Shown one piece after another: positions 1-12,936 of a DNA stretch of 64,000 nt. Every line of letters starts with the position of its first letter. Within the stretch, counting starts at the first letter, position 1. The translations under genes and the position numbers were made by a program. This DNA comes from Octopus vulgaris (Eukaryota): NCBI GenBank assembly GCA_951406725.2, contig OX597815.1, forward strand, positions 53,878,001 through 53,942,000, in the 5' to 3' direction. The notes beneath the pieces are model-generated. The model saw nothing but the letters and a program-made list of their open reading frames with translations. It was not told the DNA's origin and ran no database searches.

Positions 1-113
1 CGAAAGGATGAAAGGCAAAGTCGACCTCGGCGGAATTTGAACCCAGAACGTAACGGCAGACGAAATACGGCTACGCATTTCACCCGGCGTGCTAACGTTT
101 CTGCCAGTTCACC
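1..113 (-). mobile_element. tRNA-derived SINE head (family starting AGGCGGCGAGCTGGCAGAAACGTTAGCACGCCGGGCG), truncated by window edge
   Basis: Reverse complement matches copies at 3933, 23058 and 29918. A-box-like TGGCAGAAACG and B-box GGTTCAAATTCC. Confidence 0.85.
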
Positions 114-426
114 TAAAAATAGCAAAACGATTACTGCTTCGACCAAAGTAAAAAAACAGGTCTCTTGACATGTTCAACAAACCGTGACGCCTAAACCAAA
201 CACCAATCAACTTCAGTAATTTAGTAAAGCGACATACTGATTGGTCTGAATACAGTTTGCAGAACTTAAGCTTCTGGAGCCTATACAATGTATTTAAGGC
301 ACACAGTTCAGCCATCTCACTACAGTTGTAAATTTTAAAATATATCTGTCACTACTACAAGATTACATAGTTTAATGCATGAAAGTACTAGTTCAATCAG
401 AATGGACATCTAATATTCTATCATTT

Positions 427-815
427 CATTATCTCCGCCAAGGAAGGTGGTTATGTTTTCATCGGCGCTGGTTTGTCCGCCTGTCCGTCTGTGTGCAAAA
501 TAACTCAAACACTTGTGAACGGTATTTGATGGAACTTGCAGGAAAAGTTGGAAATGACACAAGTAACAGATGATGAAATTTTGGTAGTGATCCGGGAATT
601 TTTATGGATTCTTGAAGGATTTTTCATCTGTTATATTTACATTACATGAAGTATTACAATATTACGTTCTTTGATTATCTCCCTTGAAAACACGTTCGTC
701 GCTTCCACGTAACCTATGGTGGCGTTGCTCTTTCCAAAGTTTATTTTCGTTTCTCTATTAGTAATTTTACTCGCGTATCTATCTTGAAATGAGCGGTTTG
801 GTGAAGGTCTGTGGA
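427..815 (+). mobile_element. Degenerate non-autonomous Helentron/DINE-1-like (HINE) element
   Basis: Starts ATCTCCGCCAAGGAAGGTGGTTATGTTTTC, followed by (GTCC/GTCT)-type microsatellite and GCAAAATAACTCAAA. Decayed partner sub-TIR TTTGGTGAAGGTCTG near 797-812. Confidence 0.5.
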
Positions 816-959
816 GGAGGACATGACAAACTTTGACTATTGTGATCGATTCAAAAAGCTCAGGCTTTGCTCCCTCCACCGCCGCTGTGAGCTCTATATT
901 ATCTGTATGATGTGAAAAATATTCCATCAACATTGCCCATCTTTAAAATTCGTCCGAGG

Positions 960-1305
960 CTTGGCCCCCGTGCCATCCGCCCACTACAGAAATGCTCGTG
1001 TCGTATCACAACACTATGACAGAACTATTTCACCTCAATTGGCCCTGCTGTCTTCAACATTGTGCCAGACACACATAAAGGAGGAAAGTGACTTCACGGC
1101 ATTCAAACAATCCTTAGATGATAACCCCCAACAAATACCAGATAAACCACACCCACCCAGATATGTCTCTGAAAAACATAGCCCTCTGCTTGAATAGGCT
1201 ACGATTCCCCAGAGCTTACTGTGTATCTCTTCCAGGTGGTGCTATTAAATTTGACATGACCTGAGTTATCTTCGGCCGAAACTTATCTAAGTAATCTAAT
1301 CTATG
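960..1305 (+). mobile_element. 3' end of CR1/L2-group LINE
   Basis: Translation HIKEESDFTAFKQSLDD..QQIPDKPHPPRYVS...LLE resembles the C-terminus of CR1-group ORF2. Ends in a short (ATCTA)-type tail. Confidence 0.6.
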
Positions 1306-1829
1306 CTGTAACCTTTTAATCAAAGCATGGCAACGTGAGTATAGGCTGATATCATAACATTTTGATGGTCTGAAGTATAAAAAAATATTAAAGGTTTATA
1401 TAGAACTACATTCAGAGTATGTCTATAAGCTATTGTGTTTAGACCTAGCTTCTATCCTCAAACTGTTCCGTTTCGTAGATGCAATTTTGTTTCTTTCTTA
1501 ATAAAGCACTCTGAAATTAGAAAAATAAAAAATCTGCAACAATCTCGGGCCCATGATTATCGGATAATGGATTTTCAGATGTGTGAAGAAACTGATTGTG
1601 GTAATCGTAGTTTTGACGGTGATTGTGGTGAAAGCAGATACAGTGTTGATGATGGCGATGGTCGCGATAAGTCTGGAAGGAAGAAAATGAGGTGCTTGGC
1701 AGAGGGCTGTGCTCTCCGAGTGATTTTCTAGTTATATTATATTATCCATAAGATTGTAAGTAAAACGTGAAAATCGAAGTTGGAATTTCTTTCAGTAATA
1801 TATATTCTATACACAGCCATACACATCCG

Positions 1830-1879
<50 letters not shown>

Positions 1880-3251
1880 ATGTATGTATGTATTTATGTA
1901 TGCGTGTGTGTAAAGTGGGTGTGCCTATAGTTGATGTGTGCATTTCATACATAAGTGTGAATACTGTTCCTCTGGGGTTAAACCATAGGGCTTTCAGTAG
2001 CCAAGGGATGAGAGTGAATTGGTTACAAATCGGTTTAGCTATTAGCATGACCAACACTGCACGGTTATGCAAACAATTTCTAGCCTAGATTTATGAGGCT
2101 TATGCAAAACAATAATCGTCACAGCGCAGATGCTATGATTTTATTTTTTACATCAGTGTTGCTTGATGCTTTTTTGTTTATAAGCAAATTAATATGTATT
2201 AATATATTGCTTGTTAAATATGTCCCCCCCCCCACACACACTTTGATAAAGCACAAGTTCTCTTTCTCTCTCTTCTCTCTCTGTCTCTCAGAGTACAACT
2301 GTCAAGCAGGAGTGTAAATAAGGAGTAACGAAATAATTTATCGTTGTTTTCTTGGCCTTCTGTGATACATGATTGACATAATGATAATTAGCTTTGCTAT
2401 GGTAATCCGTTTTCAAATCGCAATGATCCACAGATCACATTTATCTCCGGTTTCAGAAATGTTAAGCGGATGAAAGGTTAATGTCACCAATGCGTAGGAT
2501 AATAGGCTATCGCAGTTAGCGTTTCTTGAGCAAAGACGGAGTAACACGTCAATTAAATTATCTACTCCTTGTTAATGAAACAATTGTTATCGACTCTTGA
2601 AACTTGAATGTCCGAGTCACTAAAAGACTTCGTAAATTGCAGATGACAGGCTGTAGTCCAATAATTCATTGTATGTTTGTATTATACTCAAATGGTTCGA
2701 TTATTTAAGACATTATGTTAACAAAAGTACACATATATAACTTCTTGAGTGCAGAAATGCTGGGAATATTGAAGTGGTTACATAAATATAATATTCTCAA
2801 AATAACGATATGTGAAATGCTCCCTTTATATCTTCTGATGTTTGGCAATGTTATTCTGATACATTCTAAAAGATTTAAAATATGCAACGGTAATATTGCA
2901 AATATAGTAAATTCCCCAAAGATCGTGGTTCCTGTCTCTTTTCCTCAAAGTAATTTAAAAGAGAATATTAAATTTGAAAATATATTACTTGAGAAAGAGA
3001 ACAATTTTTACCGTATTTTTTCCTGAAAAATTAAACGAAGTTAGACTGATAAGTAGTTCTTGTATAAAACATTACATTATGAGTGAAAAATACATATACA
3101 ACATATTAGAATAAAAATCTTATTAGATGCTCTGGAATGTTGCTTAAAATGTTTTGTGTCGATGAGCATTAAAACCTTTCCAAAATTATTATATTGCTTT
3201 TTTGTATTCTCAACATATTGTCGCCAAATATTTGAAATAGTCTTTACTTAC

Positions 3252-3585
3252 CCATATGAATGTCCGATGATTAAATTTTTCTTCTTGCAGTATCTGTCAA
3301 AAATTGCAAGGACATCGGCCAAAATCTCTCGGAAATGGTAAGCTCTCTTTTTTAATGGAATTTCACTCATACCATGACCGATTAGATCAGGAGCCACAAT
3401 TTCGAAACCGAGGCTGGAGAAATAACTGATTTGTGTCTGCCAAATATCGGAACTTCCACCGACGCCATGAAAAAAGAACAGAACGATATTCTTCAAGGCC
3501 GAGGCTGAACGTATACCCATTTTGAAAAGCATTCTTTTTTGATCTTTGGATAATCCAGAGAAAAGGACATTCGACCTCGCCTTGC
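3252..3585 (-). CDS. ABHD8: ABHD8-like hydrolase, second coding exon (GKARSNVLF...IVLFFFHGVGGSSDIW...APDLIGHG...IIGHSYG)
   Basis: Oxyanion HGVGG, APDLxGHG and nucleophile GHSYG motifs closely match ABHD8. Acceptor TTTTCTCTTTAAG|GC at 3585 is phase-compatible with the upstream exon. Donor GG|GTAAGT at 3252/3251. Later exons were not found in the window. Confidence 0.93.
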
Positions 3586-3730
3586 CTTAAAGAGAAAAAT
3601 ATTCAAGTTAAGGATGTGATGTTGGACAATTAATTTGATAATAAATTGCAATAATCAAGTTGTTTATAACTTCTAATGAAGAATAACATTTTTTTCTATC
3701 GTTTCCTCTCTCTTTTATCTTTATCACACA

Positions 3731-3768
<38 letters not shown>

Positions 3769-3932
3769 ATCTTTCTCTGTCCCTCATACAAATTTATTTT
3801 TATATCTTTCTCTTTCTATTTAATTAGTTACTGATTAAACAAACAAAACTATTATAGTTTCGAAACTAAACCTAATTAAACGCTAGTTTATCAGAGGGAG
3901 TCTCAGGTGTAAACGAAATGAGGATTCCTGTA

Positions 3933-4312
3933 AGGCGGCGAGCTGGCAGAAACGTTAGCACGCCGGGCGAAATGCTTAGCAGTATTTTGTCTGTCGCTAC
4001 ATTCTGAGTTCAAATTCCGCCGAGGTCGGGATCAATTAAATAAGTACCAGTCACGCACCAGGGTCGATATAATTGACTTAATCTGTTTTCTGTCCTTGTT
4101 TGTCCACTCTGTGTGTAGCTCCTTGTGGGCAGTAAAGAAAAAGGTATTTCGTCTGTCTTTACGTTCTGAGTTCAAATTTCGCCGAGGTCGACCTTGCCTT
4201 TCATCTTTTCAAGATCGATATATTAAGTACCAGTTGAATACTGGGGTCGATCTAATCGACTGGACCCCTCCCCCAAAATTTCGGATCTTGTGCCTAGCGT
4301 AGAAAAGAATAT
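3933..4312 (+). mobile_element. Composite/dimeric tRNA-derived SINE
   Basis: One head, then two bodies each starting GTATTT(T/C)GTCTGTC..TTCTGAGTTCAAATT..GCCGAGGTCG with different 3' tails (..GGCAGTAAAGAAA and ..GTAGAAAAGAATATT). Confidence 0.85.
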
Positions 4313-4589
4313 TCAGTATAGTGTTTAATCGAAGTATAAACTAAAAGTTTTCACTTTTTGTTGCTAGGTTTTATTTAATTAGTATTCTTCGTTAAAATAT
4401 AGTTTTAGAATTCTTTAAATAAATTATTAGAGAGCACATATAGAGAGTTGAACATGAATAAATGACAATGACGAAGGAAAATTCGACTGCGTTGAAAGTA
4501 AGGTCTATTCTTAAGTGTAATAGAGGTGCGTTTTTCAACCAAATATTTTGGAAATACATCATATCCTTTTATATATAATGTATCATGTG

Positions 4590-5880
4590 GTGCACGAAAA
4601 TTAGAAGTATCTTTCATTTTGGTACCTTAGGGGTTAAACTTATTTTCATATACATTTGGAGCACTGATTCCAAAAGTGCCATTCATTTTCCTCTGTTGGC
4701 TATTATTAATTAAATGTAAAAGAAAAATCAACCACATATAACTAAACCAGTTTATCCCATCTGCTGAACTTGAGTGCATTGCAGTACGATCTACTGTCAT
4801 TGTAACTAAAAAAAATTAGTATAAAAGGCACACAATATTCTTGAATATCTTAGTTCATACATCTTTCTAGAGTGAGGTTTATCAGAACTCTAGCAGTGAA
4901 GTTTCCTGTCATAATATCTCGAGTGTGCACCGCGCTTTCCCTTGTATTTCTACTTCTCTTTCATTGCTTTTATACACCGACTGGAATCCTTTTCTCGCTT
5001 TTTACTAAAATTATCATGCTTTTCTGGATAGCAATCTGATTGATTATGGAGATAATAGAGCTTGATGCTCATGCTACAGTTAAGATTACCAAAATTGGAA
5101 AGCAGGTCTTCCACTAATTTAGAGTTCATGTCTGCATATCTGTTAAAAACGTTTTTAAGGATTTGAAAATAAAATAACCACATGCCAAATATCGGATTTG
5201 TCAATTAAATTCATGAAACATTCTGAACATCTCTTATCTGAGGGACATTAAAAGCCCCTGCCGTATTCTTTCTTTGCTGAATCCAGAGAATTTACTGCAT
5301 AATGTTCAAGCTTTTGTTTTGAAGTAAACTTATTTAGTAAGCTGTGGTTATTTACTAGCATGTAATATGTTAATATTATCATTAATATTATTTCTGTATA
5401 AAATAGCTGATCTTTAACGAATCAGAGTCGAAAAGTAAAAGCGCATACCATTTTGAGAATCAATACCCAGATGTACTCAAGAATAGGTTTCATATCGAAT
5501 GCGCCAAAATATAACGTGTATTTGAGGTCCCTGATTTTAGTGCATGTTGTGGGATCCATAATTTCATCACCTGTCTGGGTACACTAGTATATAAAGGGAT
5601 GTGATTATCAAAGTTATAGGGCAAAATTAATATGTTTGGAATTAGTGTCCCTAAAAGTATCAAAGAATAGTTGTATTTTCTAAGGTATGAAAATGTGCAC
5701 TGCGCAGTGTCATTCCAATGAGGCAATTTTAACTGCGATTATTAAAAATAAGAGTGTATATTAGACATTTTAAAAATGTTTTAATAACAAAAAAAAAAAA
5801 CAACATGCATTGAAATTTTGCTCTGAAATTAGTCGAAAACTATTTTCAGATGTAAGCCAGCAAATTTTCTTTGCGCAGTG
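4590..5880 (-). mobile_element. Decayed DNA transposon, Chapaev3/CMC-like
   Basis: Minus-strand LNCSMSIKLYYLHNQSDCYPEK...IKAMKEK is a degenerate form of the MSxKxHFLHSHLDFFPENL..ERFHQDI..ME.RY transposase motif. Terminus CACTGCGCAAAGAAAATTTG at 5880. Superfamily assignment is from memory. Confidence 0.55.
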
Positions 5881-6649
5881 TAATTCAAACCGAGATAGAC
5901 GAAACGCAACAATAACAATAGTAAAATTATAATACTATACAATTAGATTATGTAATATTTCTCCTTCTCTTAAATACAACGTTATGTAACACCCAATGCA
6001 TCTCATACTCTTCTCGTTACTCATACAGCGTATCACTTCTGAAATTTTTTCAAGCCGTCTCCTTCATAACAAACATGTGAAGTACACTTTAAGCTTGTGT
6101 TTTGAAAGAAGTATATAAAAATTCTGATATATTTTCTTTGTAGATCATAATGTTTCTTCATGCAGGTAATAAATATGCTATTACATGTATTTGGCTTAGT
6201 AAAGAGCGATGATCCAGCCACAGTTAACATATATGCTGGTTGCATGTTAAATGTATGTTATGCTGTCCTAATTCTCGAGGATTTTTGTTGTGGGAATTCC
6301 CTCATAACATTGTATAGAACCTACCTCTCGCTTTCTCTCTTGTCTTTTATGCAACAGTAGTAACAGGAACAACAGCAATAGCAAAGGAATCCAAAATGCA
6401 ATGAAAAACCAAAAAAAGAAATAGTCGTACAGAGAATTCTATTACTATAACGATTTCTAATGTCCGGGTCTAACATGACACGTACTAGCCAACGAACTCC
6501 CTTCTTTCCTCTCCTCATTCATACAGTTCTACAACTATACTATATAAAAAGTCTTTTCTTTTAATGAAGGGTTGACTCAAATGCAATCAGAATTTTGATG
6601 GGTTTAGAATGATTGTGTGCACTATTTTTATTTCTTGGATTAAGTGTTA

Positions 6650-7588
6650 ATACGGGAACTGTATAAATACATGATTTTGAATAAAAGAATTAAAACAACT
6701 TGTTAAATGGACGTTTTATTCTTTGGTGCGAAATTGGTCCAATTTCAGCAACAATCGCAGCTTCAATACATCGAGGAACTGACTGGTACAGGTTCTGAAC
6801 AGTTGTTAGGGGAATTTTAAGCTATTCTTCAAGTAAAACGTGTGTTAATTCCTTCAACGACTAGACTATGGCGGAGGGAAGCGGTTCCTCACTTGCTTTT
6901 CCAAAAATGCACATTATCATCCTGGAAGATTGCGCTACCAACAGAAACAATGTTTGCATCGTAGATTGGGCATGATCAGCCAAAATACCCGCTCTGCTCT
7001 GTCGTTCACGAAAATGCCTTGATATGGTTGCCTAAATCATCACAGATCTACTCTCATGCTTCATGATAAGGACCAAACAGCCGGCGTTGAAGACATTTTT
7101 GGGCTCGTACCAAACAAATCCGCCCCGAACTGAAAAAAAAAGGAATGATGATTCATCAGAGAGGACAGTTATATTAAGCCATTGACTAGCCATTTCCGAT
7201 GACCTTCATACCATTTTGCGTTTCATTATTCTATAGTTTGTCTCTGTAGACTTTGCCTTCCGTTTAGAATTATGCCGAACAGAGCTCATTTTACCTTGAT
7301 TTTGGAAAGCCGATATGATTTTAAAGCGTGTACCGCTTGAAAAATTAAACACTTGAACAGTTTTAAACACTGCAGACATTCACGTTCCAACAATTTGTTC
7401 TCTTTGGAAAACAGAAGAGTCACACATTTTAAGTTATGTCAATTTAAATAACTGTGAAAAGCGAAAACAAATAGTGGGCTATATCATGAACGAATATATA
7501 CAGGCTAGAAAAGCTCTGAATTTGTCATATTGCGAAGGGAAATATAGTTGAATAAAAAAACTGTGTCCATTATTTTATCTAACCCCTG
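6650..7588 (-). mobile_element. Decayed Tc1-family transposon
   Basis: TIR CAGGGGTTAGATAAAATAATGGACACAG with flanking TA at 7589. Minus-strand remnants LSDESSF (~7145-7165) and AIFQDDNV (~6908-6934) of the DDE motifs. Left end uncertain. Confidence 0.7.
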
Positions 7589-7895
7589 TATATATCGACC
7601 AGAGAGAAAACAGTTTGTACAAACGTCCTTTTAGCTTTTACTGATTTCCCAAAACATATTTCCAAGATATGCAGAGTAAGTACACATCGAGTACTTCATG
7701 TTTTGCCGCTAATAATAAAGCTGAAGAGTTATAAAATCATTACGTGTCTCTATGTTCAAGAAGCATTATCCTTAGATGCATTGATAATAAAATAATACAT
7801 TATCACTCTGTTAGTATTCTTCTAAGTTATACACAGTAAAATTGCATGAGTCATTAACGACGCGTAAAAAAATAGACAAATTTGTAAATACATAC

Positions 7896-8238
7896 CATCA
7901 TATGGAATATGCCTTTTGTGCTGAGCCCCAGGAGCATTTGAAGAAGCAGACATCTTGCTGAATCCATTCCGAACGTTGTTTTGGTTTGCATTAGGATCGG
8001 CAACGATACATTTGTTGCCGTAGAAATTGACACGTGGCACACGAAGTTCTACAGGCGGAAGTGACGAATTCTTGATTTGTTTTGCTTGCGGAAGTTGTTT
8101 ATTGCGCATACGTGGATTGATATGCTGTATTCGCAAAACCCGCCCTTTGCGAACTTCCACCAAATCTACATCGAGGTTGGCGTTCGGTGCGGGGAAGACC
8201 TTGGAAGACCGACGAGGTTTTAAACAAGGAAAAGGCAT
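7896..8238 (-). CDS. ABHD8: ABHD8-like alpha/beta hydrolase, first coding exon (MPFPCLKPRR...HIPYD(G))
   Basis: LVEVRKGRVLRIQH resembles the ABHD8 N-terminal FVEVKPGRVLRVKH motif. ATG at 8238 has an upstream in-frame TAA. Acceptor TTTTTATCTTTCCAG lies just 5' of 8341. Donor G|GTATGT after 7896 leaves phase 1 (343 nt), matching the next exon. Confidence 0.88.
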
Positions 8239-8619
8239 CGTGATATTTTCCTGGTGGGTGTTTATCGAAAATCTCCCACCTTAACGACTTTGGGTAACAT
8301 GTCCGCGATCCTGAATTTCGCTACCCCATGTTGGTACACAACTGGAAAGATAAAAAAAATTATTTAATGTTATTTTCATGAGTTCTTTGACTTTTTATCA
8401 TATACATTTAAAACAATTCAGTTTTGCACGTAAAACGAAAGTTACATTGTTCGTGAAGTAGAAATGTGTAAGACCTGTTCAAACGCCTTCTCAAACTCTA
8501 GTAAAATATCTTTAACAGCAATTTGGTTAGTATACATTAGTAGAAATTCTCTACAAAATTTAAAGCAATATTATCAATATTATCAATATTATTCCTTGGA
8601 ACCTACATTTTTTAAAGTA

Positions 8620-8698
8620 GGGAGAATGCAGAATCACTTGCACGCCGGGCAAAATGCCTAGTGGCATTTCGTCCGTTATTATCTTCTGAGTTCAAATT
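8620..8698 (+). mobile_element. SINE head fragment
   Basis: GCACGCCGGGCAAAATGCCTAGTGGCATTTCGTCCG...TTCTGAGTTCAAATT matches the SINE family at 3933. Confidence 0.7.
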
Positions 8699-11600
8699 TA
8701 TTTACTGCATACTCTTAAGAAGCTCGGCCTAAACCATCTTGTAAATTGCTCGGATGCGGCAATTGTGAGTGAATCGATATTCCCGGAACAATTGTCATAG
8801 TAGTAGTTTTAAAGCAATCAATCTAAAGTATATTGAAATCATTTGAATACATATTCATGAGATTAATTCAAATTAATCAACCCGGTAATGTGCATAAAAG
8901 ACAAATGCGAAATCGAAGTATTTCTTTTTATAGTTGGTAATTCTAGATATGTTCAAAAATGTTCTACTCGAAATAATAGGTCATAAGTACAAATATTTTC
9001 GAATATATCAACTCCTCCAGTACTTGATTGTAAATTGAGTTCAACTTCCCATTCATACTACTCATAGAATTATAGATAACATTGCTGTAAAGTCCTCAAG
9101 ATTCTTTTCAGATATTGTAATAGCTAAAAAGTTTAGATCAATTCTATTAGAAATAAAATTTCAAAGAACTCTGGAAAGTATTGAACATGAACACGGCTTA
9201 TGGTGTTCTAATCAATTTAAAGATTCATAATCGAATAATAATAAGCACACATCTGGAAAGCAAAATCCTCGTGGAAAAGGATAATAGGCAGTAACCATAG
9301 AAATAAACAATTGTGCAAATCCGGGTTATGTCGACTAAGTCGATTACAAATGTCATTTTTATATTTTTCCCTTCAATATTATCAGTCTGAGATATTTTTA
9401 AGTAATCATGGATAATTACTGGTATCCGCAATACACAAAAAAGCTAGTATAATCTATATTGGTTACCCTAAATCACAATACATTCTGCATATTAAGCTCC
9501 TGAGAAAATGGAAAAATATATGCTACAGAGATAGATACATCAATTTGCAATTACTTCATATACCTCATATACACACATACAAGAAAACAAAACAAAAACT
9601 GCACTTGATTAAGAGCCGAGAAGCTACTCATTGTATGCAGGAACCACAAACATATATAGCAGCAATAAGAATATTAGCAATTAATCTTTACTTGCTTTTA
9701 TTTTGTTTTAACCTTGGCGACAAAGAGCTGCGTAAAAGTACATGCCCACAATACACTGCAATAAAAGCAAGGGCTATGAGGAAACCAATAAAAACATTTC
9801 AATATGGCAGTTTATCACAATATTGGAAATTAACCTTTTCAAGAAGAATATCAAGGTTAACAATCTAGATTAGAACGAACAACACATTTAAATGTGAATA
9901 ATAAAATGCACACAACATAATAAGCACTTCATATGACCTAGACTCACAAAATTGCTTTCATTTGCGGAGCTAAAGACGTAATACAATTAAAATTACTGAA
10001 ATACCAATGCTAGTTAGAATTAAAAGGTTTTAAACTCTTCAGAAATATTAACAAGGACTAAAGATGATAATCTTGACGTAGTCGTGTTAGATAAATGATA
10101 ATAATTATGACGATGAGGATAGTGACGATGATGATGATGATTACGACTATTACAACGCTTTTAGTGGTGTTTTTAATGGTTATATTGGTGAAGGTTGTGT
10201 TGTTGCTAGTGGTGATTCTGCTGCTGTTGATGATGAACATGAGATTTTCCCTCTTCTTCGCTGATATTTCATTTATAATGAAATTTACTCATATCTTAAT
10301 TGTAAGCTGATTCATCATATATTGTTGTTAATGTTATGGAAAATGAATCGTTTTGAAAGATTCTTTGAAAAGGGCATTCCACTAGAAGAGACAGAAATGG
10401 AATCAAACGTTTATGAATAATAATCATAATCATACCAGAATATTTTGTTACGAACTTCAAATAAAGGACAAATGAGGCGAAATAAGTGCAAATCACTTCT
10501 GATGATATGACTATATAAGCAAACATAGAGAACTATAATATACTGATTCACTGATGGAAACTATTCAGTAAGCACAGAATTAAATAGCTATAATGGACAA
10601 TCACAATTTAACACAAGACATAAATAACTCTATGGCATTGGACTGAGAAAAATTTACTGTCAGTAAATATAATGACAATCACATTCCAACCGTTTCACAA
10701 TCTGTTTTATGTTTTTAAATACCAAAATACACAAACGTACATACCACACATACATCCATGCTAATAATTACACTGCTCTCTCTTTCTCAGTCTTTCTCTC
10801 TCTCTCTTTCTCACTTTTTCTCTCTCTCTCACACACACATACACATACATACATACACACATATATATACGTGCATGTGTGTTATATGTTTTGTATTTAT
10901 GAAAAATTAATTCACTCGATTATTACAGAAAGATTTGCACAACGCTGAAATACGAAATGAGAAAGAAACGTACGAGTAGGAGACCAAGTTAAACTGATTT
11001 TCTTTAGTTGATAACACACAGTTGCAGCCCAAAAGAGAACGTGATGTTTACAGAATGTTTGGGTTAAATTTGACAATTTTTGTCTCCTTTTTGCAGGAAT
11101 AGCTTGATTTATTGGTGAACGGTGTTAGGCGCGGGATAAGGCTTAAAGTTTTAGTTGATAAGTAGTTAGCTGATACGGAAGACTGGAAGCCATGTGAAAA
11201 TTGGAAAAGTGTTATCTGTATAATGATGATCTGCGCTTGGGTATGAAAATACCAACATCAGGATTGATGATCAATGCCCTGTTAACACTGATATCTGTAA
11301 GACATGACGTGAGCAGCTGCAATAAAGACTACGAAGACGAGACCAGCAAGAAGGGACGTATCAAACGTTATGAATACGTTAGCACACTGAAGTTCATGCA
11401 AGCAGTAATGAGAAAGGACTTAGGCTCAATTCAAACGGCCACGGGAAGTTGCTGGAGACTGTGGTCAAGCCCCGTCTGTGGATGATTGATGTTGGAAGAC
11501 CAAGTGAGTAGCAGTAAGATTTGGCTCCTTGCCATACCTCCGAACAGGCCCAGAAGTGATTATTGGTGAATTTCTACGATGTACTTGGAAATAAACGCGA

Positions 11601-12882
11601 GAAGTAACTCTAGTAAATTTTAATTTATAAGTAGACATATATATTAAAATATGAGCTTGGTAGGGACGTTTGTTCTGTAGTAGAAAAGAAGATGAGATTG
11701 GTTAAAAGTGTTCGGCTGAGTACAATTTTATAACAGAATAGAAAATGTCCAGTTAATATATTTGGTTACAATATTAACTAGTTCCACAATTTCTCATTTG
11801 ATATTAGAATTAATGTGAGAAGTTTAAAAAGAACACATTCAACATACACCTGTCTCAGATACAATAGATACATCGCATAACTGTAACTAAGCTAGATATT
11901 TTCTCACGCACACACTTGTTTCACCTCACACTTAATAATAAGACATCATATCCAACTGCGCATCACATCTGACACATGCTTTAACACTTAATATTGACAT
12001 TTCTTCAATTAAAAAAACAAAAACAAAAAACAATTCTCTCAATAAAATATTTCTTTACATAAAATAGCACTGTTGATCTAATTTTACACAACTGTCAAAT
12101 AAGAAAATTTCTCTCCTTTCGTCATCTCTTTCCTCTCAATATTATATATTCACGGAAAGTGAAGGTGAGAAACCAGCTACGAATGCTGTTCTGTAGAGCA
12201 AGTTAAGGAGGAAAAACGGGATGGCTGCTTAGCTATAAGTATGAGAATGCACCCATATCTGGAAACGGGCAAAACGGAGACTAGAAGCTGTGTTAAAGTG
12301 GTGTATGTGTATAAATGTATGCAAATGTGGGGCAGAGAGTGGTTGGTTAGTGGTTAGAGGGAGTTGGTGTATGTATGAACTTGTTGGATAGATAGTATGA
12401 AGGTGTGTGTATGAAAAAGTGAGAATGTCTGAACGTATGTATGTGCGTGTGTGGATGAAGATATTTATGGATCAGATGGTATGGCAAGTGAAAGTTGTAA
12501 GGTATGATTTATGTGTGTGTAAGTCTATAAAAAATACGTAAGAGTGGAAAAATATTTTTCTATGAACGAAAATTTTAAAAATGAGGGAAGAAAGGCTTGA
12601 AATCTTTGATCAGAAAAGACAACATCATATAAAAATATAGCAGAACAATAAAATGTTCAAAGATTATGCAGAGTGTCCAGATAGTGCTATGAGGTGTCTA
12701 AAATACTGGGATAATACATGAAGGAGGTAAAATCATTTGGATAGAGAGGTGAAAAACCATAAATAACGGATATGGTGCAGAAAACAATGAAAATATCAAT
12801 TGGAATAAAAATGGAATAAAAGCGAGTAGCGGGCAAGCAGAAGTAACATGTGGAAGATAACGAAAAGCAATATGTGTGTGTA

Positions 12883-12936
<54 letters not shown>

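Noticed and set aside
637-933. 98-aa ORF as the third ABHD8 exon
   Set aside because: Lacks the expected post-nucleophile sequence (helix, then V..L.LI.GG.P) and overlaps a repeat.
11041-11770. Solo LTR
   Set aside because: The higher-GC block has an AATAAA and a ..TTACA end, but the 5' TG and a target-site duplication are not convincing.
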